Below, one piece after another: positions 24,360 to 31,764 of a DNA stretch of 45,376 nucleotides. The stretch lies in the NCBI GenBank assembly GCA_031388885.1, contig JANMSC010000095.1, positions 1 to 45,376 of the forward strand, written 5' to 3'. Numbering within the stretch: the first letter of the stretch is position 1; each line of letters starts with the position of its first letter. The translations under genes were made by a program, and so were the position numbers. Source of the stretch: Gemmatimonadales bacterium. GTDB lineage: Bacteria; Gemmatimonadota; Gemmatimonadetes; Gemmatimonadales; GWC2-71-9. Under the pieces are notes generated by a model. The model saw nothing but the letters and a program-made list of their open reading frames with translations, ran no database searches and was not told the DNA's origin.

Positions 24360-24619
24360 TGGCAACGCGCCCGACGCGACGGAGCATCGCGCGACGCCCA
24401 GAAGTCGTTGTAGTCGCCGCGTTCGCGATCGCGACCACGCGCCATCACACCGTCGAGCCAGTCGATCACGGCCTTCGGCGCGAGCACTTCCGGATCGCCG
24501 CCCACGGTGGGGCATCCTTGCGAGAGCCCCGTGCCGGGCGCTTCGGAGTGCACCACGGCGGCAACGACCAGGACCGAGCGCGCGGTCGAGCGGGTTGCAG
24601 CGAGAGCATGACGGATCAC
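24360..24619 (-). pseudogene. Possible remnant of an S15/CocE-NonD (X-Pro dipeptidyl-peptidase-like) hydrolase gene
   Basis: The minus-strand translation VVHSEAPGTGLSQGCPTVGGDPEVLAPKAVIDWLDG resembles the GTG.S.G ... E..D....IDWL segment of that family. Only ~60 codons look protein-like before the frame decays into Arg/Pro-rich sequence. Confidence 0.3.
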
Positions 24620-25908
24620 GCAATCCCATTGTGAATGGCGGCGAGCATGATGTCGGTAAACGTGTCGACGTCGTCGAGGGTGGTGTTGATGTTTGGCGTC
24701 ACGCGGATCCCCGAGAACTCGGCATGATTGATTGGCGTCGTGACGATGCGATGCTTGCTCAGCAGCCAGCCATACAACTTGTCGGGCGCGATTCCCTCGA
24801 CCGATACCATCGCGATCGCGCCGGCATTCTTGCTGTCGAGCGGCGTCGGTATCCGCACTCGGTCGCTCTCATGCAGCAACCGCTTCGCCCAGCGATCGCG
24901 CAGGTAGCGCAGTCGGGCGATCTTCCGCTCGGCGCCGATCCCGCGGTGGAACGCCAACGCGACCGAGATGGCGTTGTGATTGGCGGCGGGATGGGTGCCG
25001 ATCTCTTCAAACTTGCGGGGGTTGTCATCCATCGAGGGCGCAGCGGCCATCAACGGCCAGATTCCCTTGATCTTCGCCTTGCGGACGTAGAGAAAGCCGG
25101 TGCCGATTGGAGCGAGGAGCCACTTGTGGAGCGACGTCCCGTAGTAGTCGCAATCGAGGTCGGCGTGAGTGAACGGGAAGTGTGCGTAGGCATGGGCGCC
25201 ATCGACGAACACCTCGATGTTGCGCTCCCGCGCCATCTGGACGATTTCCTTGACCGGCAGTATCTGCCCGGTCAGGTTGGTGATGTGGGTGATCTCGATC
25301 ACCCGCGTCTTCGGCGTGATCGCGTGCCGGAACACGTCGACCAGGTAGTCCGTGGACGGCACCGGCACCTTGAACGACACCTGTTTCAGCACGATGCCCT
25401 CGCGCCGCACCCGTTGCTCCCAGCTGGTCAGCATCCGTCCGTAGTTCTGGTTGGTCACCAGCACTTCGTCGCCGCGCTGCAAGTCGAGCCCGAAGATCAG
25501 GGTCTCGAGCGCCTCCGACGCGCCGCGCGTGATGGCCAACTCTTCAGGATCGCAACCGAAGTCGCGTGCGAGATCGCGACGGACGCTCTCGAGTCGTGGC
25601 TCGAGCACCTGCCACATATGGTACACCGGGAGCTCGTTGCTGAATCGCAGGTCGCGGATCATCGCCTCAAGCACATGCGTCGGAGTCGGGCAGACGCCGC
25701 CGTGGTTGAGGTTGATCATCGTGTGGTCGGTGTCGAACGCGCGCTGAATTTCGCCCCAGTACGCCTCATCGTCCGCCGCGGCGGCAGGGTCGACCGTGCT
25801 CAGGCGGTCGGTAGCGCGCACCACGTGACGCATCGCCGATTCGCGGAACATCGGGAGCGCGGCGCTGGCGCCGGCGAGAGAATGGAGAAAATGCCGGCGT
25901 GACGACAT
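24616..25908 (-). CDS. Class V aminotransferase-fold PLP enzyme (isopenicillin-N-epimerase/cysteine-desulfurase-like) with twin-arginine signal
   Basis: Tat-type N-terminus MSSRRHFLHSLAGASAALPMF. PLP-lysine context SLHKWLLAPIGTGFLYV. Class V fold motifs (ITHITNLTGQILPV, VDGAHA). Confidence 0.85.
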   Translation of the reverse strand: MSSRRHFLHSLAGASAALPMFRESAMRHVVRATDRLSTVDPAAAADDEAYWGEIQRAFDTDHTMINLNHGGVCPTPTHVLEAMIRDLRFSNELPVYHMWQVLEPRLESVRRDLARDFGCDPEELAITRGASEALETLIFGLDLQRGDEVLVTNQNYGRMLTSWEQRVRREGIVLKQVSFKVPVPSTDYLVDVFRHAITPKTRVIEITHITNLTGQILPVKEIVQMARERNIEVFVDGAHAYAHFPFTHADLDCDYYGTSLHKWLLAPIGTGFLYVRKAKIKGIWPLMAAAPSMDDNPRKFEEIGTHPAANHNAISVALAFHRGIGAERKIARLRYLRDRWAKRLLHESDRVRIPTPLDSKNAGAIAMVSVEGIAPDKLYGWLLSKHRIVTTPINHAEFSGIRVTPNINTTLDDVDTFTDIMLAAIHNGIA

Positions 25909-26084
25909 TGGTGCTCCGCGGAGGTGTAGGGACGACAGGTGGCACGGCAGGGAAGTCGGGACGATACCCGGCTGGAGTGCGAGGCGCCACTCGGCAGCGT
26001 AGTATCCTTATCGATCCGTCGCTGCCGCGCCGCCGACGGCGTCGTACCGGGCCGCTGACGGGCTCCCGAACCGTTGAGGACGCC

Positions 26085-26660
26085 ATGCTCCGATGGTTGA
26101 GTCGCGTGCTGGGCGTCGCGCCGCCGGCGATGCAACGTCGTGTGGTGCGATGGTGGCCTGCGACGGTCGAGCATACCCGCGACGATATCGATACCGATGG
26201 GTTGTTCGTCCGACTCGACCGGGTGCTGGGGCTGATCGAGCACCATGTGCCGGAGCGGTTCGACCAGTTGCGTGCGCACGTGGCGGGGTTTCGCGTCGTT
26301 CGGTTTCCGTGCCGTGGGGCATTCCAGTCGGACACGCGCGAGTGTCTCGTCGAACTCACCTTCCTGGCGGACGCGGGCCGCCTGGACGAAGAGATCGCCG
26401 CAACGATCGTGCACGAGGGTGAGCACGCGCGTCATCGCGCGATGGCAGTGCCTGCCATTGCGCTGGCCGACGAGGAGCGCGCCTGTCGCGAAGCCGAGCT
26501 GGAGTTTGGGCTTCGGGCACCGGGCGGCGCCAAGGTCGTCGAGCGTGCCCGTGCGAGTCTGGCCCTTGCCGACGATGAGGTCGCGCCGACCGTGGACTGG
26601 TCGGTCGCGGTCGAGCGCATGCGGGCAGAGGATCGCCGGGCCAAGTTCGATGTTCGATGA
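26085..26660 (+). CDS. Hypothetical protein with HExxH-like motif
   Basis: The ATG at 26085 is preceded by GAGGA. The ORF-track start at 25899 adds an Arg-rich extension that overlaps the divergent gene. The motif is ATIVHEGEHARH. No family was recognised. Confidence 0.5.
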   Translation: MLRWLSRVLGVAPPAMQRRVVRWWPATVEHTRDDIDTDGLFVRLDRVLGLIEHHVPERFDQLRAHVAGFRVVRFPCRGAFQSDTRECLVELTFLADAGRLDEEIAATIVHEGEHARHRAMAVPAIALADEERACREAELEFGLRAPGGAKVVERARASLALADDEVAPTVDWSVAVERMRAEDRRAKFDVR

Positions 26661-26687
26661 TCGCTCATCGATGAGCGATCATCGAAC
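26652..26687. repeat. Perfect 36-nt palindrome built from (T)TCGATG/GATGATC heptamers
   Basis: GTTCGATGATCGCTCATCGATGAGCGATCATCGAAC equals its own reverse complement (checked base by base). It is centred on ATCGAT and overlaps the TGA stop at 26658-26660. Confidence 0.95.
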
Positions 26688-26708
26688 CACCACTCTCAGG
26701 AGCAACCC

Positions 26709-27110
26709 GTGACCGATCGCGCCACCGGCACATTTGACGTCAAGCTCCTCCCGCTTGCCGCGCATCACACCGGCGACAACGCGCCTGTCGGCCGGATGTC
26801 GATCGACAAGGTCTTCCACGGTGATCTCGCCGGTACCAGCGAGGGGGAGATGCTGGCCGCAATGACGGCTGTCAAGAACTCGGCTGCGTATGTCGCGCTC
26901 GAGCGCGTCACCGGCACGCTCGGCGGGAAGAAGGGGTCGTTCGTGTTGCAGCACACCGGCATCATGAATCGTGGTGTGGGCACGCTGACGGTCACTGTGG
27001 TTCCTGATTCCGGTACAGACGAGCTGGCGGGGCTGACGGGCACGCTGGAGATCATTGTCGAGGGGAAGCAGCATTCGTACGTGTTCGAGTACACGATGAT
27101 CGAGAAGTGA
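26709..27110 (+). CDS. DUF3224 domain protein
   Basis: The GTG start is preceded by AGGAG. ATGTFDVKL...DKVFHGDLAGTSEGEMLAA...YVALERVTGTLGGKKGSFVLQHTG...VVPDSGTDELAGLTG...FEYT matches my memory of DUF3224 proteins. Confidence 0.75.
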   Translation: MTDRATGTFDVKLLPLAAHHTGDNAPVGRMSIDKVFHGDLAGTSEGEMLAAMTAVKNSAAYVALERVTGTLGGKKGSFVLQHTGIMNRGVGTLTVTVVPDSGTDELAGLTGTLEIIVEGKQHSYVFEYTMIEK

Positions 27111-27135
27111 GAAGCGAGAAGCGATAGGCGAGCGG
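27101..27135 (+). repeat. Degenerate heptamer array of the (C/G)GAGAAG family
   Basis: CGAGAAG TGAGAAG CGAGAAG CGATAGG CGAGCGG. The stop codon of the DUF3224 gene (27108-27110) lies inside unit 2. Confidence 0.6.
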
Positions 27136-27184
27136 CATTGGCACGAGGCATGGGGCGAGGGCTAGACGGCAACCGCTCCTCGCT

Positions 27185-27805
27185 TCACGCCTGCTGCCGC
27201 ACCCCCCAGTACCGCCGCAGCGTCCCAAGAATCACGGGCAATCCACGGAACACGCAGAAGAACAGCGCCACCCATGCCGTCATCTGGAAGATCCGCAGCA
27301 TCGAGACTGATTCACCGCCCATGTCGGTGATGGTCGCCTTGTCACCCAACGCCAGCGTCAGCGCGAGACCGCAAAACGTCACGACCTTGGTGACGGCGTA
27401 ACCGGTGCGCATGAACGGCGACCCAACCAGGAACCGACCGAGCGGCGAACGATGCTGTTCGAATGGAGCGACGCCCTGGGCTACGCCAATACTGCGGAAT
27501 GCATCGGTGAGCGTGGTGCGGGCGATCACGATCAACGCAATCGCCACCGGAATCATGCGAAGATCAGCGAAACAGACCCACAGCACGAGTTCGTAGGTTC
27601 GGTCGGCCGCGATATCGAGCACGCTGCCGAAGAGGGAGGTCTCGCCGCGTCGGCGGGCGACCACGCCGTCAACGGTGTCGAGCATCAGGCCGATGAAAAG
27701 CAGCACAACGCCGACGAGGCGGAGGGTGTGGGATCCGTGGTACAGGATCAGGATGATGCCGAGGAGCAGCGGAAAACGTGACAGCGTAATCCAGTTGGCC
27801 AGCAC
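27185..27805 (-). CDS. CDP-alcohol phosphatidyltransferase family protein
   Basis: Signature D-x2-D-G-x2-A-R-x8-G-x3-D-x3-D is present as DTVDGVVARRRGETSLFGSVLDIAADR. The protein is polytopic and hydrophobic. Confidence 0.85.
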   Translation of the reverse strand: MLANWITLSRFPLLLGIILILYHGSHTLRLVGVVLLFIGLMLDTVDGVVARRRGETSLFGSVLDIAADRTYELVLWVCFADLRMIPVAIALIVIARTTLTDAFRSIGVAQGVAPFEQHRSPLGRFLVGSPFMRTGYAVTKVVTFCGLALTLALGDKATITDMGGESVSMLRIFQMTAWVALFFCVFRGLPVILGTLRRYWGVRQQA

Positions 27806-27888
27806 ACCTGCCTCCGGGCTGAACGGGAACCATCATGTTCGTTGGGGGTCTATATTGCACTCCGCCAGTCACTACTCACGGAGCGCCT

Positions 27889-28362
27889 GTGTCTTCCGCC
27901 AATGTCCGAATCGTCATGATCGCCGCGCTCGTCGCCGCAGCCTGTACACCGGAGGATACGTCGGTGCCTGAACCCACGTCCATCGAAGCGGCGAGTTTCG
28001 CGTCGTCGCTCAACGTCAACCTCCCCACGTCCACCAAGCTGCCATCGGGGATGTACATCAGGGACATTGCAGTCGGGGGGGGCGCCGCAGTGGCATCCGG
28101 CCAGACCCTCTCCATGCGCTACACCGGCTGGCTCAGCAACGGGACGCAGTTCGACGCCACCGGCAACGGCGCGCCGTTCACGTTCCGCCTCGGCGCCGGG
28201 CAGGTAATCGGTGGCTGGGACCAGGGTGTCGCCGGGATGAAGGTCGGCGGAACACGTCAGCTCATCATCCCACCCGCGCTTGGCTACGGCAGCCGTGGCA
28301 CCGGGCCCATTCCGGGGAACGCCATCCTGGTGTTCACGGTGGAAGTCGTGACGGCGCAGTGA
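27889..28362 (+). CDS. FKBP-type peptidyl-prolyl cis-trans isomerase, probable lipoprotein
   Basis: YTGWLSNGTQFD...FTFRLGAGQVIGGWDQGVAGMKVGGTRQLIIPPALGYG. Lipobox-like LVAAAC. I prefer the GTG at 27889, which follows GGAG, over the ORF-track start at 27835. Confidence 0.88.
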   Translation: MSSANVRIVMIAALVAAACTPEDTSVPEPTSIEAASFASSLNVNLPTSTKLPSGMYIRDIAVGGGAAVASGQTLSMRYTGWLSNGTQFDATGNGAPFTFRLGAGQVIGGWDQGVAGMKVGGTRQLIIPPALGYGSRGTGPIPGNAILVFTVEVVTAQ

Positions 28363-28811
28363 GTGGGCCGACCACGGTACGACCGTTCCAGACCCGCGCA
28401 AACCACGCCCGCTACGTTCCGCTGTGGCACTTTTTCGCGACACCGCTGGTCATCGTGCTGTTCGCCTGGGCCATGCTGCGACTGGCGCAGGCACCGACGG
28501 CCCGAGCCGTCGCCGACGCACTGTTCATGGTCGCGTTCGTCATTCTCTTCGCCTATGCCCGACACTTCGCACTGCGGGTACAGAATCGGGTCATCCGGCT
28601 GGAGGAACAGCTTCGATTCCAGCGGCTGCTCCCGGCCGACCTGATTGCGCGAATGAGCGAGTTCAGGACCGCCCACTACATCGCGCTCCGCTTCGCCTCC
28701 GACGCAGAGCTACCCGACCTCGCTCGCACGGTACTTGACCAGCAGATCACCGACAAGAAGCAGATCAAGTCGATGATCCGCGAGTGGCGCGCAGACTACC
28801 TGCGAGCGTGA
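28359..28811 (+). CDS. Two-TM membrane protein (DUF6526-like pattern)
   Basis: GTGA overlap with the FKBP stop. NHARYVPLWHFF, then two TM helices, then ALRVQNRVIRLEEQLRF. The family assignment is from memory and tentative. Confidence 0.6.
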   Translation: MSGPTTVRPFQTRANHARYVPLWHFFATPLVIVLFAWAMLRLAQAPTARAVADALFMVAFVILFAYARHFALRVQNRVIRLEEQLRFQRLLPADLIARMSEFRTAHYIALRFASDAELPDLARTVLDQQITDKKQIKSMIREWRADYLRA

Positions 28812-28921
28812 CCGGCTACTTGCCGACCCGCGTCTTCCTGACCCAGCCCTCGGCAGTGTTGGTGTAGCCACCTTCCCGCCCGACGGTCATCGGAGGAATC
28901 TGTGGTGCGGTCCGGTTCCAC

Positions 28922-28964
28922 GGAAGGGAGGGCGTGCGGCGCACGGCACGCCGGGCGTCCCTTC
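28922..28964 (+). other. Imperfect GC-rich stem-loop in an intergenic region (function unknown)
   Basis: GAAGGGA (28923-29) pairs with TCCCTTC (28958-64). The inner stem GGCGTGC (28931-37) pairs with GCACGCC (28946-52). There is no U-tract, so it is not a canonical intrinsic terminator. Confidence 0.35.
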
Positions 28965-28993
28965 TATGAGTTCACCCGCACATGGAGGGATGC

Positions 28994-29581
28994 ATGACCC
29001 GAAAGATGTGGCTCGGCGCTGCGTTGACCGCTGGCCTGGTCGGTTGCGCCGCACTCCAGCAGTTCAGCGCGCTCCGCCAGGTGGTGTTCACACTCGGTCG
29101 GATCGGCACCGGACGGCTGGCCGGGGTCTCCCTGACGCGCATCGCCTCGTATTCCACGCTGTCGGCCACGGAGGTGGCCCGGATCACGATCGCGGTCGCA
29201 CGCAAGGACTTGCCGCTCGACTTCGTGCTCGATGTCCATGCCGACAATCCGATCGAGAACAAGGTGGCGGCGACCATGGTGCGGCTCGCCTGGTCGCTCT
29301 ACCTCGACGACAAGCAAACGATCTCAGGCGTCGTGGATACGTCCATCACGATTCCGTCGGGCGGTCAGGTTGTGATCCCGATGCGGATGCGCCTCAACCT
29401 GATGGAGTTCTTCGACGGACCCGCTGAAGACCTCGTCAACATCGCCGCCGCGGTGGCTGGGCTGAACACCGACCCCACCCGCGTGTCGCTCCGCGCCGTC
29501 CCCACCATCAACACCCCGATCGGGCCGATCGCCTATCCGACGCCGATCACGATTGTGACCCGGACAGTGGGCGGGCCGTAG
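28994..29581 (+). CDS. Lipoprotein, LEA type-2 (LEA14-like) fold candidate
   Basis: Signal peptide plus lipobox MTRKMWLGAALTAGLVGC. The ATG at 28994 follows GGAGGGA. The beta-rich region DFVLDVHADNPIENKVAATMVRLAWSLYLDDKQTISG resembles LEA_2 proteins (tentative). Confidence 0.6.
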   Translation: MTRKMWLGAALTAGLVGCAALQQFSALRQVVFTLGRIGTGRLAGVSLTRIASYSTLSATEVARITIAVARKDLPLDFVLDVHADNPIENKVAATMVRLAWSLYLDDKQTISGVVDTSITIPSGGQVVIPMRMRLNLMEFFDGPAEDLVNIAAAVAGLNTDPTRVSLRAVPTINTPIGPIAYPTPITIVTRTVGGP

Positions 29582-29583
29582 GG

Positions 29584-29639
29584 CGAGAAGGGAGAAGGGA
29601 GAGGGGAGAAGGGAGAAGGGAGAAGGGAGAAGCGAGAGG
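29584..29639 (+). repeat. 56-nt heptamer tandem array, 8 units (CGAGAAG, GGAGAAG, GGAGAGG, 4 x GGAGAAG, CGAGAGG)
   Basis: Read directly from the sequence. It starts 3 nt after the TAG stop (29579-29581), is preceded by GTAGGG, and is nearly pure purine on the + strand. Confidence 0.95.
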
Positions 29640-29713
29640 CGCGGAAGGACGGCTGGTGGCGGGTCGAGGCTGGGCGATGTTGTCCGGTCCATCCGCCGCC
29701 TTATCTTGCGTCC

Positions 29714-31087
29714 GTGACGGCCCTGTTCGACCCCACCGACCCACGCCCAATTCACTTCGTCGGCATCAGCGGCGCAGGCATGAGCGCGCTCGCGCTCGCC
29801 GCGCTACGTCGCGGCGTCGTCGTCACCGGCTGCGATCACGACACGAGCGCGTTCGCGGACCTGCAAGCGGCCGGCGCGCTGGTGCATTCCGGGCACGACG
29901 CGGCGCACGTCACCGGCGCTCGCGCCGTGATCGTGACTGCCGCGGTTCGCTCCGACCAGATCGAGCTCGTCACGGCCCGGATGACCGGCATTCCGGTTGT
30001 TCCCCGGAAGGAGGCGCTCGCGGCCCTCGTCAACGGCACCACGCTGGTCGCGATTGCCGGCACGCATGGCAAGACGACCACCACGGTGATGACCACCGAG
30101 GCGTTGCGCGCCGCCGGACTGCATCCGTCGGGCCTCGCCGGTGGGCGCGTCGCCTCCTGGAGCGGCAATGCGTCGCTCGACGGCAACGACCTCTTCGTGG
30201 TCGAAGCGGATGAGTATGACCAGGCGTTTCTCACGCTTCACCCGACCATCGCCGTCGTCAACAATGTTGAGGCCGACCATCTGGAGTGCTATGGGTCGGT
30301 CGAGGCGATGGAGCTCGCCTACGTGTCCTTTGCATCGCGAGCGACTCGGACCCTCGTGGGTACGGCTGACCCCGGGAGCGAGCGGGTTGCCGCCGCGCTC
30401 GGCGCCGCCGCGTGGCGCTTCGGAATCGAACGCGGTGACCTGCTCGTCACGCCGCGCGAGCTGTCGGCGGCCGGGTCAGTCGCGGATGTTCAGCTTCCCG
30501 ACGGTCGTTCCGTCGTGCTGCGCCTCAGCGTGCCGGGAGTGCACAACCTGCGCAACGCCACCGCGGCGCTCGGCGTGGCGTTCACGCTCGGCGCAGACCT
30601 CATGAAGGCACTCGATGCGCTGCGCGCGTTCAGCGGCGTCGGTCGTCGATTTGACCGCCTCGGCGAAGTCGCCGGCGTGGCGATCGTCGATGACTATGCC
30701 CATCATCCGACCGAGCTCGTCGCCACCATCGCGGCAGCACGGCAGGCCTTTCCCGATCGGCGCCTGGTGGTCGTATTCCAGCCGCACCTCTACTCGCGCA
30801 CCCGCGAACACGGGCCAGCGATGGGTGTGGCGCTCGCCGCGGCCGACTTGATCATCGTCACCGACGTGTACGGCGCACGCGAACAGCCCGAGCCGGGCGT
30901 GACCGGCAAGATCGTGGCGGATGCTGCCGTCGCGCTCGGCGCGTTCGTCGTGTACGAGCCCAATCGCGAGCAACTCAGCAGCGAGGTCGCCGAGCTGGTG
31001 CGCGCGGGAGACGTCCTCGTCACGCTCGGCGCTGGCGATGTCACCCGAGTCGGCCGCGATGTGGCCGATATCCTTGTGGCACGATGA
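29714..31087 (+). CDS. murC: UDP-N-acetylmuramate--L-alanine ligase
   Basis: IHFVGISGAGMSALA, IAGTHGKTTTTVM, VVEADEYD, DDYAHHPTE. GTG start. Confidence 0.93.
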   Translation: MTALFDPTDPRPIHFVGISGAGMSALALAALRRGVVVTGCDHDTSAFADLQAAGALVHSGHDAAHVTGARAVIVTAAVRSDQIELVTARMTGIPVVPRKEALAALVNGTTLVAIAGTHGKTTTTVMTTEALRAAGLHPSGLAGGRVASWSGNASLDGNDLFVVEADEYDQAFLTLHPTIAVVNNVEADHLECYGSVEAMELAYVSFASRATRTLVGTADPGSERVAAALGAAAWRFGIERGDLLVTPRELSAAGSVADVQLPDGRSVVLRLSVPGVHNLRNATAALGVAFTLGADLMKALDALRAFSGVGRRFDRLGEVAGVAIVDDYAHHPTELVATIAAARQAFPDRRLVVVFQPHLYSRTREHGPAMGVALAAADLIIVTDVYGAREQPEPGVTGKIVADAAVALGAFVVYEPNREQLSSEVAELVRAGDVLVTLGAGDVTRVGRDVADILVAR

Positions 31088-31764
31088 CGCGCCGCACCCG
31101 GGCACTCGTTGCGGCGGCGATGATCGGAGGGTGCGCGCTCGCGGTACTCGTGCTGCCGCGACTGGCTCGGGGTGCCCCGTTCTTTCGGCTGCAACACGTT
31201 GAGGTGGTCGGCACACGCTTCCTCGACGTGCAGGACGTGGTCCTGCGCCTCGGCCTCGCTCGTGATGCCAGCATCATCGATCCGCTTGATGCGGTGCGCG
31301 CCGCGGTCGTGGCGGAGCCAGGGGTGGTGAGTGCCGACGTGTCCCGTCGATTTCCCGGTACGCTGCGGGTCACCGTTCGTGAGGCCGTCCCGGTGGCGCT
31401 CGCGGTGCAGGCTGATCGGCTCGTCTTTCTCGATCACCGGGCGACGGTGCTTCCATTCGATCCGGCCCGACACGCGGTGTCGCTCCCGATTGCCGATCGG
31501 AGCGCCGCCACCACGACCCTGCTCGCGCGAATCATGGTGACCGATCCTGCATGGTACGACATCATTGATACCGCGACGGACGATCACGGTGACGTGGTCC
31601 TTGCCACCGCGGGTCAACTGGTCCGCATGCGTGCGAACGCGGATGACGAGTCGCTGCGCGCAGTACGACTCGTGCGCGACTACCTCGCGCAACGCGGTGT
31701 CGCGTGGCGCGAACTCGATGCCAGGTTTACCGGCCGGGTCTTCGTCCGACGGGCGGCAGCATGA
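31084..31764 (+). CDS. ftsQ: Cell division protein FtsQ (POTRA domain)
   Basis: ATGA overlap with the murC stop. N-terminal TM (ALVAAAMIGGCALAVLVL), then a POTRA-like segment (FRLQHVEVVGTRFLDVQDVV...LRVTVREAVPVA). The gene sits immediately upstream of ftsA. Confidence 0.8.
   Translation: MTRRTRALVAAAMIGGCALAVLVLPRLARGAPFFRLQHVEVVGTRFLDVQDVVLRLGLARDASIIDPLDAVRAAVVAEPGVVSADVSRRFPGTLRVTVREAVPVALAVQADRLVFLDHRATVLPFDPARHAVSLPIADRSAATTTLLARIMVTDPAWYDIIDTATDDHGDVVLATAGQLVRMRANADDESLRAVRLVRDYLAQRGVAWRELDARFTGRVFVRRAAA

Noticed and set aside
25899-26084. Upstream extension of the HExxH ORF (ORF-track start at 25899) containing an RRRRRR run.
   Set aside because: The extension overlaps the start of the divergent aminotransferase gene and is low-complexity. 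A GAGGA-preceded ATG at 26085 is a far better start.
28815-28890. 24-codon minus-strand mini-ORF (MTVGREGGYTNTAEGWVRKTRVGK) in the intergenic region.
   Set aside because: It has no Shine-Dalgarno-like sequence upstream on that strand and is too short to evaluate. No family was recognised.
29584-29639. Possible CRISPR array (regular short repeats), also considered at 42888-42943 and 37302-37413.
   Set aside because: The units are 7 nt and directly abutting with no spacers. No cas genes are present. These are microsatellite-like heptamer arrays, not CRISPR.
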